Below, piece after piece: positions 50,054 to 59,755 of a stretch of 64,000 bases of DNA. The notes below the pieces were generated by a model, which was not told the origin of the DNA, did no database searches, and was given only the letters and a program-made list of their open reading frames with translations. Made by a program: the position numbers and the translations under genes. The stretch's first letter is position 1. Each line of letters starts with the position of its first letter. The DNA comes from an uncultured Methanomassiliicoccales archaeon (GTDB taxonomy: Archaea; Thermoplasmatota; Thermoplasmata; Methanomassiliicoccales; UBA472): the NCBI GenBank assembly GCA_963695345.1, contig OY968769.1:1472001-1536000 (forward strand). The letters run 5' to 3'.

Positions 50054-50437
50054 ATGGATTGGATCGACGATACCGTAGCCGTCGGCGATTGGTTCGATGG
50101 CTTTTCCGTCCAACGGCGACGCCAGAATAACATTCAGCTTATTGTAGACTCCCGAGTACTTTTCACCAAGGGCCTTCTACCCCGAGGAAGAGTTCCGATC
50201 GCGCAATTCCTATTAAAGGCCAGAGACGAAATAATGGAGCTTGTTCCCCTCCATCCAAAAGTGCTCATATTCTGTAGTCGGGGAAGGGACCGGTCTCCGT
50301 TCTTGGCGATGATGTACATTATGAAAAGGTACGGCATGGGATGCAAAGAAGCTTACGAAATGGTCGCTTCCAAGCGCAGGCAAACAGTATTCCACTGGGA
50401 CTGGGTGACGGTCGTCGGTCTGGACCGGTCCAAATAA
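50054..50437 (+). CDS. Dual-specificity protein phosphatase family
   Basis: KVLIFCSRGRDRS (CX5R P-loop), AMMYIM, AY..V...R; GGAGG before ATG 50054. Confidence 0.85.
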   Translation: MDWIDDTVAVGDWFDGFSVQRRRQNNIQLIVDSRVLFTKGLLPRGRVPIAQFLLKARDEIMELVPLHPKVLIFCSRGRDRSPFLAMMYIMKRYGMGCKEAYEMVASKRRQTVFHWDWVTVVGLDRSK

Positions 50438-50448
50438 TATCGAATCGG

Positions 50449-51555
50449 TCAGAATTGCTCGATCACTCCTTCATCCAGCACATATCTCAGCCGAGGACCT
50501 ACCAGATAGATGGGAGAGTATCCGAACAGGTCCTGCCTGATGACATCGTAAATCGCGATGGAGTAGTATTTCTTTTTCAAAGCCTTCAGTCCGGCATCCC
50601 TATCGACGCTCACCGGCGAGGCCTCCAGCTGGTCCAATCTGTCAAGGACGTCGGCTTTCAAGTTCTCCACCCGGGTCCTGAGCAGGTTTACGGCCATCCA
50701 TCTGCTCATGATGCCTTGGAAATGCCTCATTATTACCAGCTGACTTATGAAAACAAGGGCGGCCAATGCGAGATCGATGTTGGGAAACATGTCGATGTCC
50801 GCGAAAAAGGAGGGGAGTATCAAGCCCGGGAGAAGGACGGCTCCGATCACCAGCACTCCTGCGACGGTGACTATCCCGATCATGGTCAGTATGATGATGA
50901 AGTACGCTTTCTTGCCCTTTGAACGGGCGGAGTCGAACTTCTGTTTGTATCTGATCGCGATCTTGGTGATGCCTTGGGCTTGCGGCTCGATCAGGAGCAT
51001 GAGAATGTAGAAGAGGATGATGAAAGAGATCTGCACCACTATCAGGAGCACTGCCTGGCCGGCGATGACATGGACCAAGAATCCAAAGTAGACCGCGAAG
51101 AACATTGCCAATCCGAATATGATGGAGAAGCTGAGGGAGAGCGGAACCATCCCTCCCAGCAGAACCGTCAACCCGATCTCTATGGCCAATTTCCTCTTCT
51201 TCATCAGCAGGCGCAGGGCCAGCCATTTTCGTTCCTTGTCGATCACAGGGGCCAGATCCCTGTCGTCCGATCTGATTCGTTCCGTTGTGGTGGGAATGAG
51301 CATGATCACGAAATTGTATGAGTAGAGCAGGATCGCGACTATGAGCCAAAGCAAGAAGACGGAGTTCTCGAGGAAAATGAAGGCGATGACCAAAGAAGTG
51401 AGGGCAAAGGATGCCATGTGCCCATATTTATCATGGGACCTGGGTTCCTGAAGCTTCTGGAGCATCTCTTCCTCGCAGGCAACCTCCGCGGCCACCTCTT
51501 GACGGAACGCGGCCAATCCTTCTCCATAGTTCGCCGTGTCGCCGCACATTCTCAT
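50449..51555 (-). CDS. Hypothetical multi-pass membrane protein
   Basis: About 6 TM helices with soluble C-terminal tail; GGGAGG RBS. Confidence 0.75.
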   Translation of the reverse strand: MRMCGDTANYGEGLAAFRQEVAAEVACEEEMLQKLQEPRSHDKYGHMASFALTSLVIAFIFLENSVFLLWLIVAILLYSYNFVIMLIPTTTERIRSDDRDLAPVIDKERKWLALRLLMKKRKLAIEIGLTVLLGGMVPLSLSFSIIFGLAMFFAVYFGFLVHVIAGQAVLLIVVQISFIILFYILMLLIEPQAQGITKIAIRYKQKFDSARSKGKKAYFIIILTMIGIVTVAGVLVIGAVLLPGLILPSFFADIDMFPNIDLALAALVFISQLVIMRHFQGIMSRWMAVNLLRTRVENLKADVLDRLDQLEASPVSVDRDAGLKALKKKYYSIAIYDVIRQDLFGYSPIYLVGPRLRYVLDEGVIEQF

Positions 51556-51874
51556 TTTCAGAGACCTCCCTTGCCTATGGTTGCAGCTTCAAGTATACGA
51601 ATGGTTTGATGGCTGTCCTCGTAAAAAAGTGAGGACCGCGTTCCTTTGACGTCCGGATGCGTTCATGTGGTCTCCGCGATGATGATGCCCTGCATTTACT
51701 AGTGAACCGCGGCGGAGGGCGCCCAAGATCGGGAAGCTCATTCTGACCTTCCTGCTTTGGTCAGGCCATGAGTAGGAGTATTGATTTCCCGATCTCGATG
51801 AGTTCCTGGAACACCATCGGATCGATGGGTTGTCCAGTGATTAAAATGCAAAAGGATATTAGACGGCGGCTCGA

Positions 51875-52093
51875 ATGGAAAAACGGTCACAACTGATGGA
51901 CAAGAGAGACAAGATGGCGTCGGTCCTGCACCTGGTTGGAGGGAAGCCAGAAAATGTGGAGAAGATTGTCGATGAGATTGATCAGTTCATGAACACGCTG
52001 AACGCGGAGCTGGAAGATTGGAAGGTGTCGATGGAGGAATTCCAGGACGGGACCCGGATCTTTGCCCGGTTCCAGATCCTGGTAAAGAAGTAG
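51875..52093 (+). CDS. Small hypothetical protein (helix + beta-hairpin); paralog of 53803-53976
   Basis: 72 aa ending LEDWKVSMEEFQDGTRIFARFQILVKK; TTAAAA TATA-like at 51841. Confidence 0.75.
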   Translation: MEKRSQLMDKRDKMASVLHLVGGKPENVEKIVDEIDQFMNTLNAELEDWKVSMEEFQDGTRIFARFQILVKK

Positions 52094-52102
52094 GTGCTTC
52101 CC

Positions 52103-52924
52103 GTGACCGACCGCAAAGAGAAAAGGCAGGAGGCGAACCAGGGACCGGATGGAGAGGTCTGCCGCGATCTGATCTGCCCCGAGGAGTGGAAGGATCCCGA
52201 GGGCAGAAAGGTCATCACCGAATTCCACAAGGAAGGATTGCGCAAGGACTTGGTGGGTGTTGATGCGGATCTGGAGGGATTTGAGCAATACTGGAACAGG
52301 AGGGGAGGCACGGTCAAGGTCAACGGAGAGTATCACAAGACGGGGGCGCCCTTCCTTGACCTAGAATCCGGTCGGGGACCGGCAAAGGGGCCGGAGGAAG
52401 ACCGATCGGTTGATGCCGCTTCGTCATTGCATGGACGAAAAGATGCTCCCACGGAGGATTTGCTGGTCGAGAAGACCTCCCAATTGGAACGAGCCGCAGG
52501 GCCAGAGGCTTCGGAAGGTACGCACATCCAAGGCAAGATCAAACGACCGATCGATCTTGGCCTGATAGAGGTGGTGAGCTATGCGTTGTTCCGGGTGGCG
52601 TTCAGCAAAGGACTGAGCATCCCAATTAAGCGTGATGGCATGGTCGACATGGATGTTACCGTGAAAGGGAAGGAGATAACCATAAACACCAACCAGATCT
52701 TCTTCTCCGTACCTGAGCTGAACGTGTGGCATGTGGTGTACCAGCACAAGGGTAGACCGGTCATCGAGCTCGGACGGGGGGTAAAGAACGGCATGGTGGT
52801 CCACCGCCTTCAGGCCCTACGGCTGGCATTGGAGATGTGGACCGGTTCAAGGAGAATAAACAAGCTGAAGGTCCAGCAGATGAAGGAGGCGGACAAGAAA
52901 TCCCACAACGAGGCCGCAAAATGA
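52103..52924 (+). CDS. Hypothetical two-domain protein
   Basis: AGGTG RBS at 52092-52096 before GTG 52103; disordered linker; beta-rich C-terminal domain; ATGA overlap with the kinase gene. Confidence 0.7.
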   Translation: MTDRKEKRQEANQGPDGEVCRDLICPEEWKDPEGRKVITEFHKEGLRKDLVGVDADLEGFEQYWNRRGGTVKVNGEYHKTGAPFLDLESGRGPAKGPEEDRSVDAASSLHGRKDAPTEDLLVEKTSQLERAAGPEASEGTHIQGKIKRPIDLGLIEVVSYALFRVAFSKGLSIPIKRDGMVDMDVTVKGKEITINTNQIFFSVPELNVWHVVYQHKGRPVIELGRGVKNGMVVHRLQALRLALEMWTGSRRINKLKVQQMKEADKKSHNEAAK

Positions 52925-53796
52925 ACGAGGTTTCCGAGGTCGAGCGGCATAGGACCCATCGCGAGTTCTTCCGGGACATCCTTCAGGACATACACGGGAT
53001 AATGGAGACCGAGTTCCACCTGACCGATGTCTCCATCAAACCGGTGGGCGCGGAGGTAGCCAGGCTGTCGATCCCCATCAAGATCGAAGGGACGGACAGG
53101 AATGGCAGACGGGTGCGTTTTTTCGGCAAGATCATGGGAGGGACCGACAATATGACCGCCAGGGCCATCCAGCTTTTCAAGAACCTATACCTCACCATGA
53201 ACTCCATGGCTCCGATGTTCCGGGTCACCGATTCACCCGAAGAGTTGGCCAGACACCAATATGAAATGATGAACGCGATCAGCGAGCTAGACATCCCGAC
53301 AGCCACTCCCAGAGGGATCTATCCATTGAGGGCCAAGCTATGGTTGCTGGTGGCTGACTTCCTGGATGCCAGGACGATCGATGACGTGCCGCATTTGACC
53401 GATGAGCATTTGGATACGGTGTTCGGCTACCTTCGGAAGATGCATGACAACGGGATATTCCACGGGGACGTCAAGCCGGACAATCTGATGTTCGGAGACA
53501 GGGTCTACATCGTCGATGTCGGAAACTTCATGGACGAAGCCCCTCCGTCTCAGAAGCTGGCCTATGATCTTGCCTCCCAGATCACCTCATTCTTGGAATA
53601 CAGGCCAGCGGGAAAGATCGTGGAAATCGCCAGGAGATACTACCCGTGCAAGGAGATGATGGCTGCCGCCAGGTACCTAGACCTGATCCAAAGGCGCCCG
53701 GACATCGTACTCTCGAACGAGAACAAGGAAGAGCTGGGGCGCCTCATGAACACGAAAATAAGGCGCAGGATATTCGGCCGGTCGAGAAGGATATGA
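52921..53796 (+). CDS. Protein-kinase-like (RIO/Bud32/Kdo-type) enzyme
   Basis: FGK lysine, HE helix-like YE, MHDNGIFHGDVKPDN, IVDVG, AYDL; start ATG 52921. Confidence 0.85.
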   Translation: MNEVSEVERHRTHREFFRDILQDIHGIMETEFHLTDVSIKPVGAEVARLSIPIKIEGTDRNGRRVRFFGKIMGGTDNMTARAIQLFKNLYLTMNSMAPMFRVTDSPEELARHQYEMMNAISELDIPTATPRGIYPLRAKLWLLVADFLDARTIDDVPHLTDEHLDTVFGYLRKMHDNGIFHGDVKPDNLMFGDRVYIVDVGNFMDEAPPSQKLAYDLASQITSFLEYRPAGKIVEIARRYYPCKEMMAAARYLDLIQRRPDIVLSNENKEELGRLMNTKIRRRIFGRSRRI

Positions 53797-53802
53797 GAGA
53801 GC

Positions 53803-53976
53803 TCACTCCTTCTTGTGCTTTATCAGGGCGGTGGCGTGGATCTCCACTCTGGTGCCCTCCTTGGTATCCTCAATGGAGAACTTCCATTGCTCAAGCGTCG
53901 CGGACATGTCCTTGAACATCTTCTTGATCTCCAAGCTTTTCTCCGTAATCGCGTCCTTTATGTCAGTTTCTGCCAT
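53803..53976 (-). CDS. 57-aa small hypothetical protein (below ORF-track cutoff); paralog of 51875-52093
   Basis: Manual translation MAETDIKDAITEKSLEIKKMFKDMSATLEQWKFSIEDTKEGTRVEIHATALIKHKKE; AGGTGA RBS (53981-53986) and TTTTATAA TATA (about 54014-54021) on minus strand. Confidence 0.8.
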   Translation of the reverse strand: MAETDIKDAITEKSLEIKKMFKDMSATLEQWKFSIEDTKEGTRVEIHATALIKHKKE

Positions 53977-54160
53977 GGTATCACCTTCACTGCGATTCGA
54001 TTGAGAGCAGGCATTATAAAAAAGTGGCCATCGGACGGACAGTTCTCCTTAGCCGCGCGGCCGCTTCATCCCTCAGGGTTTTCCTTTTACAGTGCGGAAC
54101 GATCAGGTGGTTCGTCGCGGGCCCGAAATCAAGATAGCATTGCACATCGTTCTGATGGCA

Positions 54161-55099
54161 ATGTCATACTCTTCGTCCCTGGAGGATTCCATCGTCCTTT
54201 ACCAGGAAGGGAGATACAAAGAGGCATACGACCTCATCACTCGGGAGGGGGCATCCCCCGACGCTATACCGGCCCTAGTGCTCTATCTCCGTTTCTCTTT
54301 CGCCTGCAGGGCGGGCATGCATGATCTGGCAATGGATCTCCTTCGCGAGGCAATCATTGACCGCGGATACTGGTATTCATCCGATTATCTGGGCGATGAT
54401 GACCTGGAACCGTTGAGGGAGCGAGAGGAGTTCAAGGCGTTGACAGAGCAATGCAAGGAACGGCAGACAGCGGCCGAGGGCAATTCAAGATCGGAGATCG
54501 AACTGGTTCCTCCGATCATGGCCGAAGACAGCCCGAAGGCGATTGTCGTCGCCTTGCATGGGAATCAGCTCAATATCCGCTCCACCCGGATCGAATGGTG
54601 CGGAGAGGTACTGGCAGACTGTCTGGTGGTTTTGCCTCAATCATCCCATGCCGTATGTTCCGGCGCTTATTCCTGGGTCGATCCGGAGGCCGGATCTTCT
54701 GAGGTAGCGGCCCATCTGGACACAATCTTCACGAATGACCCAGGGGGACGAGACCAGGTGATCGTGGGAGGGTTCTCCGCCGGGGGAAGGGTGGCGTTGC
54801 ATCTCTTGCTCAAAGGCATGATCAAGGCAAAAGGAGCCATACTCTTAGGACCCTGGCTTCCAGATATCGTCTCCTCAGAGCCTTTGATCACCAGGCTGCG
54901 TGAGGCCAAGGTGAAGGTATACCTGATATGCGGTGACAAGGACAAGGATTGCTTTGCCTCCACAAACCGGCTGGCCGAACTTTTGGAGCGGAACGGGGTA
55001 TCCTTCCGATATCGGATCGTGGAAGGGATGGGGCACAGCTTCCCCCCGGACTTCCAATCCGACCTGGCAAATGCCCTTTCCTTCTTCTTAGAAGAATGA
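54161..55099 (+). CDS. Alpha/beta hydrolase with helical N-terminal domain
   Basis: VALHG, GGFSAGG, GDKD, GMGH; start uncertain (54155 or 54161). Confidence 0.85.
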   Translation: MSYSSSLEDSIVLYQEGRYKEAYDLITREGASPDAIPALVLYLRFSFACRAGMHDLAMDLLREAIIDRGYWYSSDYLGDDDLEPLREREEFKALTEQCKERQTAAEGNSRSEIELVPPIMAEDSPKAIVVALHGNQLNIRSTRIEWCGEVLADCLVVLPQSSHAVCSGAYSWVDPEAGSSEVAAHLDTIFTNDPGGRDQVIVGGFSAGGRVALHLLLKGMIKAKGAILLGPWLPDIVSSEPLITRLREAKVKVYLICGDKDKDCFASTNRLAELLERNGVSFRYRIVEGMGHSFPPDFQSDLANALSFFLEE

Positions 55100-55219
55100 A
55101 ACCTGGGAGAACGTCGGCTGGAACCTGCATAGTCTGGGATCGGGGCCACGCCTTTGGCACATCCGACCTGAACTGGACAATGCGAACGATTATTACTCAT
55201 CGGGTTCACTGGAACACCC

Positions 55220-55906
55220 ATGACCGAAATGACTCCGAGGATCGTTGTGATCACTGGTTCAAGCGAAGGCATCGGACGCGAGACGGCCTTCCGGTTCTCT
55301 CGGGGAGGGTGGGGCGTGGTCCTGACCTATCACAAGGACGAAGAGGAGGGGATCGAGGCGAAGGCCAGATGTGATGAGTTGGGAGCGAGATCCACCTTGC
55401 TTCTGCAACTCGACGTGTCCGATCCCCACAGCGTAAGGAATGCAGTGAACGAGATCAAGCGGGTCTTCGGCAAGGTCACCGTGTTGATCAACAACGCAGG
55501 GATAGACGTATGGAAACCCTTGAGAGACCAGACGGCGGAGGAGGTCTCCCGCCAGGTGCGCACCAATCTGGAGGGCCTGATCATAATGACCTTGGAGATG
55601 CTTCCGTTGGTTGAGGGAATGGTGCTCAATGTCGGCAGTCGGACCGGTATCCATGGCTATTCCGGGGTCACCGTGTACGGGGCCACCAAGGCCGGGGTAA
55701 GGGGGTTCACCCGCTCTCTGGCCCAAGAAGAGAAAGACCTCAAGGTGTACACCATATATCCTCGCTTCACGGCCACCCACATGACCGGTTTCCGCGGAGG
55801 TCCGCCCGAAGAGGTTGCCGACCTGATGTTCGACACGGCCGAAGGGCGGTACGACCTCCCTACTGGTTCCGATATACCGGTATGGGATCCGTTGGGGGGC
55901 GTCTGA
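55220..55906 (+). CDS. Short-chain dehydrogenase/reductase
   Basis: TGSSEGIG, LINNAG, YGATK. Confidence 0.92.
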   Translation: MTEMTPRIVVITGSSEGIGRETAFRFSRGGWGVVLTYHKDEEEGIEAKARCDELGARSTLLLQLDVSDPHSVRNAVNEIKRVFGKVTVLINNAGIDVWKPLRDQTAEEVSRQVRTNLEGLIIMTLEMLPLVEGMVLNVGSRTGIHGYSGVTVYGATKAGVRGFTRSLAQEEKDLKVYTIYPRFTATHMTGFRGGPPEEVADLMFDTAEGRYDLPTGSDIPVWDPLGGV

Positions 55907-56164
55907 CTCCTGGACTATGACTGATGTCGGAACTCCATCTCGGGATGCCGAATCGATCACCATACCGATATTCAAAGACCGATCGGAAAAGTGCATAGTT
56001 CGGTGATCAGAAAGAACGTCAGAGGAATCGACGAATAACCATCATGATGCGAAAGTTCGGACGGTCCTCAACATCAGGTCGTCATGGCCGTTGTCCGGTG
56101 ATTAAGTACTAGTAAGCGGTGCCATTAATTTGTAGGACATCATTCGGACATCGGGGTGGCGGGA

Positions 56165-57448
56165 ATGATTGGAAAAGTGAAGGAGAGGTGGCTGAGGCGT
56201 TTCATTGCCATATGGGCTGGCCAATCTTCCTCCCTGGTGGGCAGTCAATTGGTGCAGTTCGCCCTAGTCTGGTATCTGACCATCCAGACCGGTTCCGCCA
56301 CGATCCTGGCCATTGCTAGCGTGGCGGCTATCGTACCCCAGATATTCCTTTCTCCGATAGCCGGCGCCTATGTTGACAGATGGAAAAGGCGTCACGTAAT
56401 GATCGCCTCTGACGCCTTGATAGCGGCCAGCACATTCGTTCTTATCATGCTGTTCGCCCTCGGCTATGCTGAGATATGGCACATATTCGTCATTCTATTC
56501 GTCCGTTCCTGCTTCGCCGCGTTCCACTGGCCATCTAGCCAGGCGGCAACGACGATGCTCGTTCCAGAACAGCATTTGACCAGGGTGGCCGGCATGAACC
56601 AGTCGATGCTGGGATTATCGAGCATACTGGCCCCTCCATTGGCCGCCATACTCATCGCCTTTCTGCCGATAGAGCAGGTGCTAGCGTTCGATATCCTTAC
56701 GGCAGCATTGGCGATCGTCCCGCTCCTGGTAATCCGGTTCCCTGAGCCGGCCCCCAAGACCGGGCCGCATCAGAAGATCCTGGCCGATATGAAGGAAGCA
56801 TTCGCTTATTTCCGAGGTTGGCGGGGGGCGTTGACCTTGATGTTCATGTTCACGTTCGTCAACATGCTTATTACTCCCGCTTTCAGTCTGTTGCCCATCC
56901 TGGTGGTCAACGTTTTCAACGGCGGGGCAATCGATTATGCCACCCTGGAAGCGGTTGCCGGCATCGGGATGATATCTGGAGGCCTAGCGCTAGGCATCTG
57001 GGGAGGGACTCGAAGGAAAATGGTCACGGTCATGTCCTGCACGGTCCTGGCGGGAGTGGGGATAAGCTTGATGGCCTTGGTTCCAAAGGACGGATTCCTG
57101 ATCATCCTCGGGCTGGTTCTCTTCATCGGCGTGATGATGCCGTTGCTGAACGGTTCTCTGACCTCACTATTGCAGACCTGCGTACCCAACGGAATGCAGG
57201 GGAGGGTCTTCGCCCTCGTAGGCTCCATGTCCATTGCGGCCGCCCCGATAGGGATGGCTTTTGCAGGCCCGATCGCTGACAGCGTCGGTATCCAGACATG
57301 GTTCCTGATCGCCGGAGTCCCCACCGCCCTGATCGGCGTGATGGCTTTCCTGATGCCAAGCGTCATGCAGATCGAGGATCCTGGGAGCCAGCCTCTGTAC
57401 GCTCAGGAACCGGTTGTGGTCTCGGCCTCCAAAGAGACCGATGGCTGA
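56165..57448 (+). CDS. MFS transporter, DHA3/MefA-like family
   Basis: F..IWAGQ..S..GS...QFAL.W, G..VDRW.R, QGRVF. Confidence 0.9.
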   Translation: MIGKVKERWLRRFIAIWAGQSSSLVGSQLVQFALVWYLTIQTGSATILAIASVAAIVPQIFLSPIAGAYVDRWKRRHVMIASDALIAASTFVLIMLFALGYAEIWHIFVILFVRSCFAAFHWPSSQAATTMLVPEQHLTRVAGMNQSMLGLSSILAPPLAAILIAFLPIEQVLAFDILTAALAIVPLLVIRFPEPAPKTGPHQKILADMKEAFAYFRGWRGALTLMFMFTFVNMLITPAFSLLPILVVNVFNGGAIDYATLEAVAGIGMISGGLALGIWGGTRRKMVTVMSCTVLAGVGISLMALVPKDGFLIILGLVLFIGVMMPLLNGSLTSLLQTCVPNGMQGRVFALVGSMSIAAAPIGMAFAGPIADSVGIQTWFLIAGVPTALIGVMAFLMPSVMQIEDPGSQPLYAQEPVVVSASKETDG

Positions 57449-57473
57449 GGACCCCGAACAACAAGTCAAGGAC

Positions 57474-58670
57474 CTATTTGATCAGCTTCAGCTCCTTTCC
57501 GATGGACGAGAACCTCTCAATGGCAAAATCAAGGTCCTCTATGGTCAATGCCGCATTCATTATCGTCCTGATCCGGGCCTTGTCCTTGGCCACCATCGGG
57601 AAGACGATCGGTAAGGCGAACACCTTTTCCTCGAACAGTCGTCGGCTCAGGTCCTTGGCCACTGCCGTATCTCCCACCATGACCGGGGTTATCGGGGTCT
57701 CGCTCCGTCCCAGATCGAATCCCAGCTGGGCCATTGCCTTCTTGAAATACCTGGTGTTCTCCCATAGCGATAGGACATGCCCCGGTTCCTGCTCCAGCAC
57801 GTCAATGGCGGCGGTACAGGCGGCGGCCACCGCGGGTGGATGTGAGCCGCTCAATAGCCAGGTGCGGCTCTTGTTGAGGGCGAACTTGATCAGGTCCTCG
57901 GAGCCGGATATATGCCCTCCCACCACCCCGTAGGCTTTGGAGAACGTTCCCATTTCCACTTGCACCTTCTCGTGAGAGAGGTGATAGTGGGATACGATGC
58001 CGCGACCGCCCTCGCCCAGGACCCCCTCGCCATGGGCATCGTCCACATACAACATCGCCCCGTGCCGGTCGGCGAGCTCGGATATCCGGTCCAGCGGGGC
58101 GATGTCCCCGTCCATGGAGAACACCCCATCAGTGATCACCAGAATTCGTCGGTAGGCCGGGGCGTGTCTCTCAATTTCGTCCAGTTTCCTTTCCAGGTCA
58201 TCGGCGTCCCCGTGCCGGTAGACCTGCCTGTCGGCGTATGAGAGCCTGACCCCGTCGATTATACTGCCATGGTTCAGTTCATCGCTGATGATGATGTCTC
58301 CCTTCCCTGCCAATTGCGGGATCAGGCCGGCATTGGTGGCGAAACCGGTCTGGTAGACCAGTGAGGCAGGCGTCCCCTTGAAGCGGGCCAGGCGTCTTTC
58401 CAGCTCAAGATGGATGTCGAACGTACCGGCGATCGGCCTGACCGAGCCCGAACCTGCCCCGTGGGTCTGCACTGCCCTGATCGCAGCCTCTTTGAGCCGC
58501 GGGTGATTGCTTAGGCCCAGATAGTTGTTTGAACAGAACATGAGCACCTTCTTTCCATCCACCATGCACCATGCGGTGCTCGGCCCTTCCAATTCTCTTA
58601 TCCTCCAGTCCAGGTCATTCCTGACCAGTTCCGCGTATTCCGCTTTCATGAACGATATCGGGTTGCGCAA
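57474..58670 (-). CDS. kbl: Glycine C-acetyltransferase (2-amino-3-ketobutyrate CoA ligase)
   Basis: SNNYLGL, SDELNHGSIIDG, DGVFSMDG, DDAHG, GTFSKA; coupled to a tdh-type gene. Confidence 0.9.
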   Translation of the reverse strand: MRNPISFMKAEYAELVRNDLDWRIRELEGPSTAWCMVDGKKVLMFCSNNYLGLSNHPRLKEAAIRAVQTHGAGSGSVRPIAGTFDIHLELERRLARFKGTPASLVYQTGFATNAGLIPQLAGKGDIIISDELNHGSIIDGVRLSYADRQVYRHGDADDLERKLDEIERHAPAYRRILVITDGVFSMDGDIAPLDRISELADRHGAMLYVDDAHGEGVLGEGGRGIVSHYHLSHEKVQVEMGTFSKAYGVVGGHISGSEDLIKFALNKSRTWLLSGSHPPAVAAACTAAIDVLEQEPGHVLSLWENTRYFKKAMAQLGFDLGRSETPITPVMVGDTAVAKDLSRRLFEEKVFALPIVFPMVAKDKARIRTIMNAALTIEDLDFAIERFSSIGKELKLIK

Positions 58671-58686
58671 CTTTCATCCCTCCAGA

Positions 58687-59682
58687 TTAAGCTCCTAGGA
58701 CCGATTCGCCCTTCAGTTTCCGTTCGATCTTGAAGAGCATATCATCGACCATTCTTTCCCTGTCATAGTCTGGACTCCAGCCCCAGTCCCTCCTCGCCTC
58801 GGAGTCATCCAAGGACATGGGCCAGGAGTCCGCGATCTGCTGTCGGTTGTCTGGACGATAGTCTATCGAAAAACCCGGCATGCGTCGTTGTATCGATCCC
58901 GCCAGTTCTCCGGCGGAGAAGCTCATCCCGGCCAGGTTGTACGAGTCATGTCGGCGGACCCGGTCCAACGGTACATCCATGAGGCCCACGGCAGCATTGA
59001 TGCAGTCGGGCATGTAGAGCATCGGGAGGACAGTGTCCGCTCTGACAAAGCATTGGTAATGTCCCTTCAGTATCGCCTCATAGAAAATCGCCACCGCATA
59101 GTCTGTGGTCCCTCCCCCTGGAGGGGTGACCGAACTGATGATCCCGGGGTACCTCACGCTCCGGGTGTCCAAACCGTATTTCAGAAAATAGTAGTTGCAT
59201 AGCAGCTCTCCCGCAACCTTGGTTATCCCATACATCGATGTCGGCCTTAGGACGGTGTCCTGGGGCGTGTCACTACGGGGTGATGTTGGTCCGAAAGCCG
59301 CGATGGAGCTGGGCCAGAATACGCGTTCGACCTGGGAGGAATGACTGGCATCGAGAACGTTCTTGAGCGAGGTCATGTTGACGTTCCACGCCTCCTGCGG
59401 CCTCTCCTCGCCCACCGCTGAAAGCATAGCCGCCAAATGGTACACCCGGCCGATCTCTTCCTGCCTCAGCGTATCTGACACCATCTTCAGGTCCATCAGG
59501 TCGACCGTGATGAAGGGGCCGGAATCCTCCATCTCCCGGGTAGGTCGTCTCAAATGCCCCGCCGCCACCACATTGTCCCGGCCATAGCGTTTGCGGAGCT
59601 CCGGTACCAGTTCAGACCCTATCTGACCGGTCGCCCCGGTGACCATGATTCTTCCCGAAGGACCAGGTTCCGATGATAACAT
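58687..59682 (-). CDS. tdh: L-threonine 3-dehydrogenase, SDR/epimerase type
   Basis: TGATGQIG, LSAVGE, PSSIA.FG, YGITK, PGGGTTDYA, RQ.IADSWP. Confidence 0.9.
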   Translation of the reverse strand: MLSSEPGPSGRIMVTGATGQIGSELVPELRKRYGRDNVVAAGHLRRPTREMEDSGPFITVDLMDLKMVSDTLRQEEIGRVYHLAAMLSAVGEERPQEAWNVNMTSLKNVLDASHSSQVERVFWPSSIAAFGPTSPRSDTPQDTVLRPTSMYGITKVAGELLCNYYFLKYGLDTRSVRYPGIISSVTPPGGGTTDYAVAIFYEAILKGHYQCFVRADTVLPMLYMPDCINAAVGLMDVPLDRVRRHDSYNLAGMSFSAGELAGSIQRRMPGFSIDYRPDNRQQIADSWPMSLDDSEARRDWGWSPDYDRERMVDDMLFKIERKLKGESVLGA

Positions 59683-59755
59683 CGCTTCCGTGTCTGTGTT
59701 CTGACCATATAACCGTTACGTCAAATCCACTCATGGTCCAGGGTCCTTTCGTGAA

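Noticed and set aside
51679-51746. Possible C/D-box sRNA (ATGATGA ... CTGA)
   Set aside because: No clear internal C'/D' boxes or terminal stem, and no rRNA/tRNA target can be verified here.
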